This document shows, piece by piece, positions 1 to 10,625 of a stretch of DNA of 64,000 nucleotides (the first letter of the stretch is position 1; each line of letters starts with the position of its first letter). The DNA is from Epithemia pelagica (taxonomy: Eukaryota; Protista; Bacillariophyta): the NCBI GenBank assembly GCA_946965045.2, contig OX337236.1:2418001-2482000 (forward strand), written 5' to 3'. A program made the position numbers and the translations under genes. Below the pieces are notes generated by a model. The model did not search any database. It saw nothing but the letters and a program-made list of their open reading frames with translations, and was not told the origin of the DNA.

Positions 1-725
1 TCATCGGGAATCCGTTGTGCGGCCCAAATGGCCGATTTCCCCGTTGGATCAGGCAAAATGTGAAAAATCCAAGCCTCGTTGGGATCCGTGACACCCAGGG
101 ATTCGGCCGTTCCTTCAAATTCACCTGCTCCGTAAAAGCCATACTGGACGGCCAAGTGACCCATAATCATAATAGCTTGTCGCGCTGTTTTACTACGTTC
201 CAAGGCCACATGTGTCAGTTCATCAATCGAGAACATGGCCGTCCCATTGGGATGTCCTCGGGGAATGGCACCAAATACTGCACTACAGGTCGATTCTCCA
301 ATTCCCACGTTGTATTCATTGACAGCACCATATGTTTCTTCTAAATACGCAAATGTATGAGGAACTTGACGAATGTAGCCAATGGGTTCAAAAGGAGACT
401 CGGAAGAACTCTGGTTGCCAGGATAGTATTCTGGAATTCCTCGTTCTGTACCGACATAACGAGGATAGTCCTCGGGTGACCAATACACTGGACGAGCTGG
501 CCATGATCCAACACCACCATCGTCCATTGGGGAATGGTGATCTTGTGCTGGAACCTTGACCAACCGTGGATCCGTATCGAATTCCCCATCGTTCGAATGG
601 CTGACCAAAACAGAACCATCGGTGGTGGCATCCTTTCCCACCAAAAATACGGTACAACCAAATGCCCGACCAGGAATCAATGCTGACACAGCAGCCAGAA
701 CATAATAGAACCGAAACTGGAACAT
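1..725 (-). CDS. Peptidase family C69 (dipeptidase/secernin-like Ntn hydrolase), 5' part only; runs off the left edge
   Basis: Missing from the ORF track because there is no stop in the window. Manual translation from ATG 725: MFQFRFYYVLAAVSALIPGRAFG|CTVFLVGKDATTDGSVLVSHSND...EDYPRYVG...PIGYIRQVPHTFAYLEETYGAVNEYNVGIGESTC...SAIWAAQRIPD. Signal peptide followed directly by the N-terminal nucleophile Cys (654-656). Confidence 0.88.
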   Translation of the reverse strand, partial: MFQFRFYYVLAAVSALIPGRAFGCTVFLVGKDATTDGSVLVSHSNDGEFDTDPRLVKVPAQDHHSPMDDGGVGSWPARPVYWSPEDYPRYVGTERGIPEYYPGNQSSSESPFEPIGYIRQVPHTFAYLEETYGAVNEYNVGIGESTCSAVFGAIPRGHPNGTAMFSIDELTHVALERSKTARQAIMIMGHLAVQYGFYGAGEFEGTAESLGVTDPNEAWIFHILPDPTGKSAIWAAQRIPD

Positions 726-1076
726 GGTACCACCATCAAAGGACGGAAGGATCAGTTCCATTGTCAGAAAACGAGAGAGAAGCGAAGATCTTTCCTATTC
801 GGGACTGGAGGAAGCAAGTCCCGTGTCTTTATCTGGGTGGGGTCTCTGGGTCGTAGTGGGGTCGGAATCTATGTTCTCGCAGATTCGTTGTACCCAAGTA
901 CGATCCATCACCATCACCTGTGCCGCAAAGCAGACAACAAAACAGAAAAGAGCCATGCACATGCACCCCCGAGCCCGAGACTGAAGAAGACAAAATGTAG
1001 TTTCCGGTCCACTTCAGCAAGGCCACAGACTACAAGGACATACGGAGTCTATTTCCAATCCCCAATCGTAGACGCC

Positions 1077-1347
1077 TGTCACGGTACAAACCGCCTCCTC
1101 GTCTCACACACACACACTCAACTCGAAAACAGTCGCACCAAAAGAATCCACATCACGAAATCACCTTAGTTAGTCTTAGAACAAAACCATAACTTTTCAA
1201 ACAAAACATTCACAAACTAAAATGACCCACCTTTACGAACAACACGACAATGGCGGTCGGAACGTCGAGATCTTTACGACGCCAACTCACCAAATTGTCC
1301 AAACTTACTCCCTATCGGGAATTCACAACTCCGCACGTACAACGACA
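1077..1347 (+). repeat. 5' LTR of Copia-A
   Basis: TGTCACGG...ACGACA; identical by inspection to 8157-8427 (offset 7080). Confidence 0.97.
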
Positions 1348-1360
1348 CGTTATGAGCCCA
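1348..1360 (+). promoter_or_regulatory. Primer-binding site complementary to the anticodon arm of initiator tRNA-Met (half-tRNA priming)
   Basis: CGTTATGAGCCCA directly after the 5' LTR; GTTATGAGCCC is the reverse complement of GGGCUCAUAAC, the same PBS type as Drosophila copia. Confidence 0.75.
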
Positions 1361-1659
1361 AGCGTTACCACTGGAGTGTCATACTGATTATCTTACATTG
1401 CCTAATGTCACAGTTGCTCAGGAACAATGTTGAACAGCCCCTAATCGTGATGCGACAGAAAGTATATATGCCTTCCGCATCAACCCGAACTCTTCCGCCT
1501 CCTTTCAACACGAAGTGGGATTCAAATCATATACTTTCACACAACTCCCACCAGTTCGACGTTTTTGCATTTGAAGGACAGATCTCACAGTTCGACTTTC
1601 CGAAGCTTATCGATACAACATCTTTGTTCTCCTCAGCATACCCCAGCTCTCTTTCGACC

Positions 1660-3093
1660 ATGACCGTTGAAGAAACTCCTCCCCCGACTCCTGAGAAAAA
1701 GGACGAAGGAAAGTCCGATCCTTTGAAGACTCCCATTAAGACCCCGTCGGTGAAGGATGTAACTCTCAACGGGATCACCTTTACCAAGAAGAAGCATCGT
1801 ACGTTCGAACTGGGAGCTTTCGCGGAGACTGTCACTCCTGACTATCGTATCAAGTTGCATGGTAAAGCCCTTTTCGACTTTCGCAACGAAGCTGTGGCTG
1901 AGCTAAGCGAACCTTTTAGCCTCACGACGGCCAGCATTCGTATTACCGACGACAAGACTTTCTTCCTTCATAATAACAAAGTTATGAAACAGATTTACCT
2001 CCTGAAGACTCGATTGGCTAGCTATTGCATGCAATCCGTTTTCGCAATTCTCCCTTTCGATCCCCATACCGGCGATTTGGACGAAACGAAGCCCACTTCC
2101 AACCTTCTCGAGACGGCCTGCGTCATTACCGAAGCCCAGGTGCGTCTCAGTAATCAAGCCTACGCTGAGAACACGGATTCGGCACTCCATCCACAGAACC
2201 TTTCATGGAGCCAAGACCTTCTTCTGTCCTCTTGTGAAGCGAGCTTGCGCGCTGACCTGGAACATCGTTTGGTTAGTATTCCCGAGAACGAACAAGGCGG
2301 GCCGCTAGTTCTCCACATGATTTTGAATCAACTCATGTCCACGACTCACGAAGCCGCTCGGAACATCATTCGTCGGCTCGAAAGCCATTCCGTTACGGAC
2401 TACCCTGGCGAAAACATCGCCAACTTTTGCGCCACCTTCAACAACGCGGTAATGCGATTGAGTGTCAGCGGTCATGTACCAACGGACATAGCCAACATCT
2501 TTTTCGTTCAGCTTCAAACGTGTACGGTCCCCAAGTTTCTAAGCCTCCTTGAAGCCTTTGAAAACGCCGATTCGCCGATTCTTAACGATTTCGTTCTGCT
2601 TCGTGAGCGCGCCTTGCGGAAATACAACGATTTACTGTTAGCGAACAAATGGTTGCCGACCGTCAGTGACCGTAGTTCCTCGTTCCAGAGCAAGAGCACC
2701 CCAAGCGATTCGAAGAAAGGCTCCTCCAAGACCAATTCTGGATCCGACACTGGTGGTCGTCGGTCTTTCCCGATTGACACGACACCCCCAGCCGCTGGGG
2801 CCCCTAACTGGCGGGCCCACCCTGGTAATCCTTCAAAGAAACAGTACTGGTGTAGCCTTTGTCCCAACGGCAATGGTGATGCTACTGGTCGATGGGGGAA
2901 CCATAGTACTGATCGACATGATCCTGCCAAGGTCAAACGTCGTGGCCGAGAAGTCGCCAACGCGTCTTCTAACTTGTCCACGCCTACCGAAACCACTCCT
3001 CCTACCGTTACCGATTCGACCGACGATGCCGCTTCTGACACTGGTACCACCGCCAGCATGGCTTTACTCTCCTCCTTTCGGGTTTTTTCCTAG
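1660..3093 (+). CDS. gag: Copia-A Gag (probable start MTVEETPPP at 1660)
   Basis: Part of track ORF 1222..3093, whose first ATG lies inside the LTR. Capsid-like region (SVTDYPGENIANF) and an atypical C2H2 knuckle WCSLC...WGNHSTDRH. Confidence 0.8.
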   Translation: MTVEETPPPTPEKKDEGKSDPLKTPIKTPSVKDVTLNGITFTKKKHRTFELGAFAETVTPDYRIKLHGKALFDFRNEAVAELSEPFSLTTASIRITDDKTFFLHNNKVMKQIYLLKTRLASYCMQSVFAILPFDPHTGDLDETKPTSNLLETACVITEAQVRLSNQAYAENTDSALHPQNLSWSQDLLLSSCEASLRADLEHRLVSIPENEQGGPLVLHMILNQLMSTTHEAARNIIRRLESHSVTDYPGENIANFCATFNNAVMRLSVSGHVPTDIANIFFVQLQTCTVPKFLSLLEAFENADSPILNDFVLLRERALRKYNDLLLANKWLPTVSDRSSSFQSKSTPSDSKKGSSKTNSGSDTGGRRSFPIDTTPPAAGAPNWRAHPGNPSKKQYWCSLCPNGNGDATGRWGNHSTDRHDPAKVKRRGREVANASSNLSTPTETTPPTVTDSTDDAASDTGTTASMALLSSFRVFS

Positions 3094-3123
3094 GGCGGAC
3101 ATCCCTCCAATGTTCCAATGCCC
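3081..3123 (+). promoter_or_regulatory. Putative -1 ribosomal frameshift signal (G_GTT_TTT plus 3' hairpin)
   Basis: Heptamer G GTT TTT at 3081-3087 in gag phase, two codons before the gag stop. The pol frame is -1 and open from 3039. Hairpin AGGGC-GGACAT...ATGTTCC-aat-GCCCT spans 3092-3123. Confidence 0.65.
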
Positions 3124-6100
3124 TTCTCCCTTTTGGTTTGGAGATCCACTTCACTTTTAGTTTTCGTTGGTTGTTGACATGGTTTACTTGTTGTTGGATT
3201 TACTTGAGCGCATACATCGGCTCTACGGTTGATTGTTCCTTTCTTTACACGTCTCCGGCCTTTTGGATTGGCCTTTACTCCTTTGCTTCCCGTTTCTTCG
3301 TTACTCTTAAGATCCCTTGGTGGCATCTTACGTGGTCCTTTGGTCGGTTCTCTGGTCGGTTGTCCAAGAATCGCATGTATGGTTGTCTTTTCTGGTTCTG
3401 GCTTTCGTTGCATGGGTTGTTCGAATCTACGTTGATTGTCGGTTGTCACGCTGCCGGTATTTCCAAGGCCGCTCCCTCCCTTCTCCTTCACCTTCAGAAA
3501 TTGGACTCTGACTGTCTCTTACCAACCAAGTTCCCTCCTAGTGGTTTCGACTCTCGTCTTGGCTTATCTCACCATCTCATCGCTTTGACTCCAGCTTCGT
3601 GTTTGGCTCTACGTCACGGGTTCCTTTCGTTTGCTTCCAATACAGATCCGCTTCGTCTCTCTTACGTGCCCTCGCGCTCCTGGGGCGAGAACGGCAAACA
3701 GAACAACAAACGTCCTTTTTCGGCTCTATACCTTTCGTACCTCCAAGGCCTCGATGAAGACACTCTCACCAATCTCTTTCTTACGCAGTGCCTGACACCA
3801 ATAGGCAATCCACATTTTTGGGATCCAGTGCTTTGGGATCGTTTATCGGACAACCTCGGCTTTGACGAATCCCCGATCGACTACGATCCAGGACACGTTC
3901 ACATCGACTTTATGCGCTCAGGTTTGGCCGACCTTTGGTACGATCACGTGTTTATTCATCACCAAGCATCCTCTTTCCGCCATTCACAAGACCTCCGTAT
4001 CAGCGAATTGGGATCAGACTTCAGCAATCTGATTCGAGTCCCTTCTTTGCATCCTCAACATGTTGGCAACGCCGCAGCCTTTAGTTTTGACCCTACGGTC
4101 TTGGTCGATACTACAGCCAGTGAAACCACCAACGATCCAATCCTTCATGTGATCCTTGACACTGGGGCTTCCCATGGATTGACGATGTGCTCTGATGATT
4201 TCATCGAGTTGACTTATGGGAATTTTGGGACCATGTCCACCGCAGCATCAGACAATCGATTTCCCATCATCGGCTCTGGAATCGTGGCATATGACGCACT
4301 TAGTGAGAATGGAGAGATACAACGTTGGACATACCCTGCAAACTTGTGTCAAGCCGCCGGAACCCGACTATGCTCCCCACAAGTCTGCGCCACTTACCTC
4401 AACTTGGACCGTCGTTATCCATCATTCGAAAGCAACCATGTCTTTGCAAGCATACAAACCAGTTCACTTACCGATCGACTCACCGTTCCCATCGACCACC
4501 AGAGTAACTTACCAATCGTCAAGGTCAAACATAGTCGCCCAAAGACTGACCCGAAACGTCCTCCAACATGCAGATGCGGCGTTCTTCGTTGGTGTCGCTG
4601 TGAGCTCTCGAAACCGAAATCGCCTTCAACAACGATCGTGGAAGCTTTGAACGCTCACCCCGTACCAGATATCATGAACAACGAAAATAAGAATCTTACT
4701 AGGGCGCAGCGCCAACTCCTTCTCGACCATCAACGACTCGGACACTTGGGAATGAGACGTCTGCAGCAGTTGTACTCTCCGTTGGAGCCCGGAGCTCCCA
4801 CCGTGAATTCTGACAATGGAGAATCCTGCCTGTTCCCACGTTTTCAGACATCGGCCACCTGCGAGGCTCCAAAATGTGAGGCCTGTCTTCTCGCCAAAGC
4901 CCGTCGACGTTCTACGAAGGCAACAACCAAGACATCAAACCCAAACAGTCGTTCCATTTCACCCACTGAGGCCTTACACCCAGGTGACCTGGTGTCCATC
5001 GACCACTTCGAGTCTACTGTACGAGGACGACTCCTCCACACTCGAGGCCGCGAACTTCCCCAACATCGATACTGTGGCGGAAGTCTCTTCTACGACCATT
5101 CCTCACAGGCCATTTTCACCTTTCCACAAGTGTCTCTCGGGAGTAGCGACACCATTCGCTCCAAGAACGACTTCGAAGCACTCGTGCATCAACTTGGCCG
5201 GACCATTGGGCGATATCACACGGATAACGGGGTTTTCACGTCTGACGCCTTTCACCGATCGCTCACCGAAGACCGGACTCAACACGCTCCGGTTCACACT
5301 CGTTCGGGCACCGGCGCACACCACCAAAACGGTAACGCCGAACGAGCGATCCAGACCGTTACTCACATGGCACGTACCATGATGCTGCATTGCCATTTAC
5401 GATGGCCCGAGGCTTTTTGTCCCACCCTTTGGCCTATGGCCCTGCAATACGCAACGTGGATATACAACCACGTGCCCTCCGGATCCACCTCCTTGGCACC
5501 AATGGAACGCTTCACAGGGACCAAGATGGACTGCACCTACCTCCGACGCCTCCGGGTCTGGGGCTGTCCTGCCTACGTGTTGGACGCTCGTCTTCAGGAT
5601 GGAAAGAAACTCCCCAAATGGAACTCTCGCGCCAAAAAGGGACAGTTCTTGGGGTTTTCACCCAAACATTCCACCACCGTTGGACTCATCCGTAACCTCA
5701 CCACCAACAATATCACGCCACAATTCCATGTGGCCTATGATGAACTTTTTACCACCGTCGCCAGTTCATGGATGCCTCCAGCCCCCGACTCCGAGTTTCC
5801 TGACTTTTTGACTCGTGACTTCTACCTTGATGACTACGACGAGCTCCTGGACGGGCCCTTACCGTCGCTTGACCCCGAGTGGAACGACGATCCCATGCCC
5901 ACTCCCTCCGACGATCCAAGAATCCGCCCCTCAAGATCACCCGTGGCTCCTCTCAACGCTGCGGAGGGCGAGAACCGATCTCCCGAATCGCCAGCCGCTC
6001 ACCTTCCCGAGTTTCCGGATATCCATACACCGCGTCGTCTCTCCCTTGGCGGTGACCGCGCACTCCCTCAGGAACCGGGCGAGCCATTGTTGAATCACGA

Positions 6101-8135
6101 TTCCGTCACACCAGAAGAGGCACCGCCATCGTCCTCGGCCCCGGAGTCACCTCTCGGACTCTCGCCACCATTGGGCGAGCCACTGTTGGACCTACCGCAA
6201 ACTCCGGGCGAGCCACCGTTGGAACTATCGCAAAACTCGGGCGAGCCACATTTATACTCCCCACTAATACACAGGCCTTCCAACCGACCACAACGGTCTC
6301 GACAACCTCCCCGTCGCTTCCCTGATCCAGATCGTCACGTGCGATTCACTCTTCCACCAGAAGATAGTCATTGGGGAACACTGGGACACTGGATGAACGC
6401 CCTGAACTGGGAACGCCCTCCTGACCCAACGACCTTCAGCGAAGCACACCGAAACGAATGCTCCTATCAACGACAGGCACAGAGCATGCTCGGGTTGATT
6501 GATGAGTGGGATCCCCGGTTTTTGGCGGCCAAGGCGTTCGACGAAGATACACCCTCGGTCTTCGACGTCAGTCGAATGCCAGAAGAAGAGCGACTGAAAT
6601 GGTACGCCGCCATGGACAAAGAGCTGGATGAATTGCAGGAGAAAGGAACCTTCACCATCGTACCGCGCAGCATGGCAAACGGAAAAGAGATAGTGGACAC
6701 GATGTGGACCTTGAAAAGGAAACGACTCCCCGACGGGACAATCTCCAGGTACAAGGCCAGACTCGTCGTGCGCGGCGATCAGCAAAAGGCCACCTTTGAC
6801 AAAGACGACACTTTCGCCCCCGTCATCGACTGGCCAGCTGTACGACTGATGCTTATTTTGGCCCTCCAACACAACCTCACAACCGTGTCCATCGATTTCA
6901 AGAATGCGTTTGTGCAGTCTAGCCTTCCGGAACCCATCTTCGTCAACTTCCCAAAAGGATACGGCAACAAACAAACTGACAAAATCTTGAAAGTGACCAA
7001 GAGCCTATACGGAGACTGTCGGGCCCCTCGACTGTGGTACGAGCATCTCAAGGCACAACTCAAGAAACTCGGCTTGAAGCCAGACGGTTCCGATCCCTGT
7101 TTGTTCTGTAACGACAAAGTGATATTAGTCACATACGTAGACGACGCAATCATTTGTGGAACTGACAAAGACGCGGTTCAGAAAATACTCGACGGACTTA
7201 CGGCTCTGAATATGGACTTCGATCACCTCGGAGACTTGCCAACCTATCTCGGAGTACAAATTACACATCATGAAAATGGTACACTGGAGTTACAACAACC
7301 TCATCTAACTCAAAGTATTATCGCAGCGCTGGGACTCACCGAAAGTCGACCAAAGAAGACTCCAGCCACGCGTACACTGGGCAAGGAAAAAGACAAACCA
7401 CCACTAGACGAACCCTTCAACTACCGCTCCATCATCGGTATGTTGTTATACCTTGGCAACAACACCCGTCCCGACTGCGCCTTTGCGATCCATCAGGCGG
7501 CACGGTTTAGCAACGACCCCCGACAACCACACGGCGAGGCCCTCAAGCGGATTGGTCGGTACCTTCAAGGTACTCAAGACAAAGGGCTCATTCTCCAACC
7601 GTCCACAGATCTGACGCTGAATTGTTACGTCGATGCCGACTTCGCGGGCATTTGGGGAAACGAAGACTCGAACGATCCTTCCTGCGTACGCTCACGAACC
7701 GGCTTCATCATCACCCTGGGCAGCTCTCCGGTAACTTGGTCAAGCAAACTACAGACCGAGATTGCCTTATCGACCATGGAAGCCGAATACATTGCCGCCA
7801 GCACCAGTATGAGAACGCTACTGCCCCTTCGACGACAACTACTCAAACTGACCAAACACCTCCATCTTCAACCACCGGAGGACGCAATCATGAGCATCGT
7901 CTGGGAAGACAACCAGGCTGCCCTATAATTATCAACCAAAGATCCCCCTCGGATGACACCTCGTTCGAAACACATCGCCATCAAATATCACTGGTTTCGC
8001 TCGCACCTCAGCTCCGACAAAGACGGCATCAAAATGCAGGCAATCGCAACGGACGACCAACTTGGAGATTGCTTTACGAAACCTCTGGACATCGGTCCCT
8101 TCGAAACGGCTCGGAAAAAGATCCTCGGATGGTGA
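3084..8135 (+). pseudogene. pol: Copia-A Pol (PR-IN-RT-RNase H) with one in-frame TAA inside RNase H
   Basis: PR VILDTGASHG; IN H-x4-H...CEAC, SIDHF/HTDNG/AERAIQ; RT SIDFKNAF, TYVDD; RH YVDADFAG, EAEY, WEDNQAAL*LSTKDPPRMTPRSKHI. TAA at 7926-7928; ORF 7953..8135 continues in the same frame. Confidence 0.9.
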
Positions 8136-8147
8136 TTCCGCTCCGTC

Positions 8148-8156
8148 GAGGGCGAG
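8148..8156 (+). promoter_or_regulatory. Polypurine tract of Copia-A
   Basis: GAGGGCGAG immediately before the 3' LTR. Confidence 0.6.
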
Positions 8157-8427
8157 TGTCACGGTACAAACCGCCTCCTCGTCTCACACACACACACTCA
8201 ACTCGAAAACAGTCGCACCAAAAGAATCCACATCACGAAATCACCTTAGTTAGTCTTAGAACAAAACCATAACTTTTCAAACAAAACATTCACAAACTAA
8301 AATGACCCACCTTTACGAACAACACGACAATGGCGGTCGGAACGTCGAGATCTTTACGACGCCAACTCACCAAATTGTCCAAACTTACTCCCTATCGGGA
8401 ATTCACAACTCCGCACGTACAACGACA
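8157..8427 (+). repeat. 3' LTR of Copia-A
   Basis: Identical by inspection to 1077-1347; followed by TSD ACGCC. Confidence 0.97.
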
Positions 8428-8701
8428 ACGCCAGACTACGGGACTTCAAGATGCAAATGGCCTGAAAATTGAAAAATGGTAACACGAACTCTACTGGGGA
8501 CTTAAAAACATCTATTTTTCGTTTTCCTCACGTCGGTTGTCGATCGTAAGGACATAGGAGTACTTGTAGTCTGTATTTGGATGTGTGCGTTGCGCTTCGT
8601 GGATGAAATAAAATGAATTGACCAACCGTCATCAATAACAAAGTCTGAAACAGCTCCAGGTTCTGCAATGATCGGTCTTTGGCCAACCTTCTTGACAACG
8701 T

Positions 8702-8993
8702 TTAAGGAACCAGATACCATGCACCCCATCCGTACTGTTAACCAAAAGACAAAAAATGCCGTCAGAAAATGGTTCTTCGAAATGATTCCCGCCATCTCGT
8801 TACAGGGACTTACTTCTTTCTTTTCGAATCCGTAGCTCTTCCATGCTGTCTCTGTGTGGCATGGCTTGGTTGGAACAGTGTTGTTCCATTGGAATGCAGC
8901 TGTGCTACCGTCAATCGATGTCACGGCTCTTGTGGAAGAATCGAGCGGCTGTGTGGAAGGGACGTGAGCGACGATTTGTGGGAAATTGAACAT
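8702..8993 (-). CDS. GWGAWYLVP microprotein, copy 1 (70 aa, 2 exons: 8814-8993, 8702-8734)
   Basis: Exon 1 ends ...PTKPCHTETAWKSYGFEKKE at a GTAAGT donor; 79-bp intron; TAACAG acceptor; exon 2 YGWGAWYLVP*. The spliced product matches the intronless paralogue at 38845-39114. Confidence 0.85.
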
Positions 8994-10321
8994 GATGTAT
9001 CGAATGTAGCGGTTTATGTAACTATATGCAGTGGAATGGAGTGTTGTTGTCTGTTACGGCAGACGGTGAAACAATTTGTGTTTTGCTTTTTGTAATCACA
9101 AAGTCATGTTTTTCTTCCTCGGAGGACTTTCATTGTCGTTTGACACACTATTCGGATTTGTGCATCTTTTGGTGCAACGCACACAAGTTTGATGGTAGGG
9201 GATCACCGCCTCCTTCAAGGTTTTAGCTTGCAATCATTCCTTACACCTCGAACGAGTGGTTCACTCAGCGAGGAACTAGTAGAGGAATCTTGCAAATCTA
9301 CTGTGATCCATGAATTTGCACTCCCCGCAACCAATTGCAAATGCACAGATCATGCCACTGGAAAGTTGATAGGATCCATCGACGACAGGCCCGTTGACAA
9401 TTGGCATTGACACTACGGCTTCACAATGAACGACAACATGACATCAAGGAATCAAGGAATGTAGACATGAATGACTCAGAGGAACACGACTATACGCCAA
9501 AGAGTAGAAAAAGCGAAACGTGCATGACATCACCTGCCCGAATGGGACGTTCTTTGCTTCCTTTTTGTTCTTGTTGAGGAACCGACTGAAGCGGAAGATC
9601 TGTTCATTCTTGCATCTCGTCAATAATCACATATCAATTGACAAATGACGTTGAATGGCTTGAGATGACATGTCCTCTGTCACCATCTGTCACGAGTCAC
9701 GCAAGGTGATGATTAGATTGGTTCCCGCCTGATTCGTGATTTCACTTGTGTCAAGCCAAGATGATTCCAAGTTGTCGATGGGTGATCAAATGCTGATGAC
9801 CAAGACAGGGTTGTCAGTGTCAATGACCAATCCTTGTAGCAGCATCGAGCATCGAGTGGCTGGACGTGATTCATTCATGAGTTGATTGATAACAGTTACA
9901 GTTACAGGGCACTGGATGCCATGGAAAATAGACTGTGGTCATTGCTCTCCGAACTCGTAACCAAACTGACGACTGCCTCCTTGTTCATTACTCAAACTGA
10001 TACTTCGGCCTATATTGCACGGCCCTGTTAAACCTAAAATAGACAATAAGGTTTTGTACTGCCCGAAGTCCTCGTTTTCATTGTTCTACCAGTCGTCCCG
10101 AGCGTCGTTAAAGTGGCAAGGCATATTCTACATAGATGGAAGTCATCTTAATCTATCTTTTCTTCATGGACTTATTTGAAGGCCTTCCGTCTTCTGCCTT
10201 CCGTCTTCTTTAAGATTTTTGTATCGGGATAGCTTCTATTGTGTTTAGCCTGACGGGTACAACACCAATCAACATTGCTCAAGTCATCAAATTCTCTCAT
10301 CTTGGGTTGTTCGTAACAGAC

Positions 10322-10625
10322 TCAAGGAACAAGGTACCAAGCGCCCCAGCCATACTGTAAAGCAGTGATCAACATTGAAATAAGCATGTCAGCTTTTAAT
10401 GCCAAAAGTCGGGAAACAAACATATGACGACCACATGGAACTTACTTCTTTCTTTCCAAAGCCGTAGTTCGCCCATGTTGTCTCTGCGTTGCATGGCTTC
10501 TTTGGAACTGTGTTACTTGTTCTCGTAAGGGCTGGATTGGTCGTTGTGGTGGAAGAATTTCTTGCATTTTGTCGACCAAGTGATCGCGCAGTTGTTGATG
10601 CAGCGTTTCGTGAAGATTGAAACAT
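10322..10625 (-). CDS. GWGAWYLVP microprotein, copy 2 (70 aa, 2 exons: 10446-10625, 10322-10354)
   Basis: MFQSSRNAASTTARSLGRQNARNSS...PKKPCNAETTWANYGFGKKE | GTAAGT...TTACAG (91-bp intron) | YGWGAWYLVP*. Confidence 0.85.

Larger units (their letters stand above)
1077..8427 (+). mobile_element. Full-length Ty1/copia LTR retrotransposon (Copia-A, diatom CoDi-like), 7351 bp
   Basis: Two 271-bp TG...CA LTRs; 5-bp TSD ACGCC at 1072-1076 and 8428-8432; PBS and PPT present; domain order gag-PR-IN-RT-RH (copia order). Confidence 0.97.

Noticed and set aside
1222-1659. 146-aa N-terminal extension of Copia-A Gag
   Set aside because: The ATG lies inside the LTR and the frame crosses the PBS; more likely open 5' leader. 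Not fully excluded.
8502-8993. 163-aa ORF as listed in the track (likewise 10389..10649 and 37718..38017)
   Set aside because: These read through an intron; the spliced models match the intronless paralogue exactly at the C-terminus.
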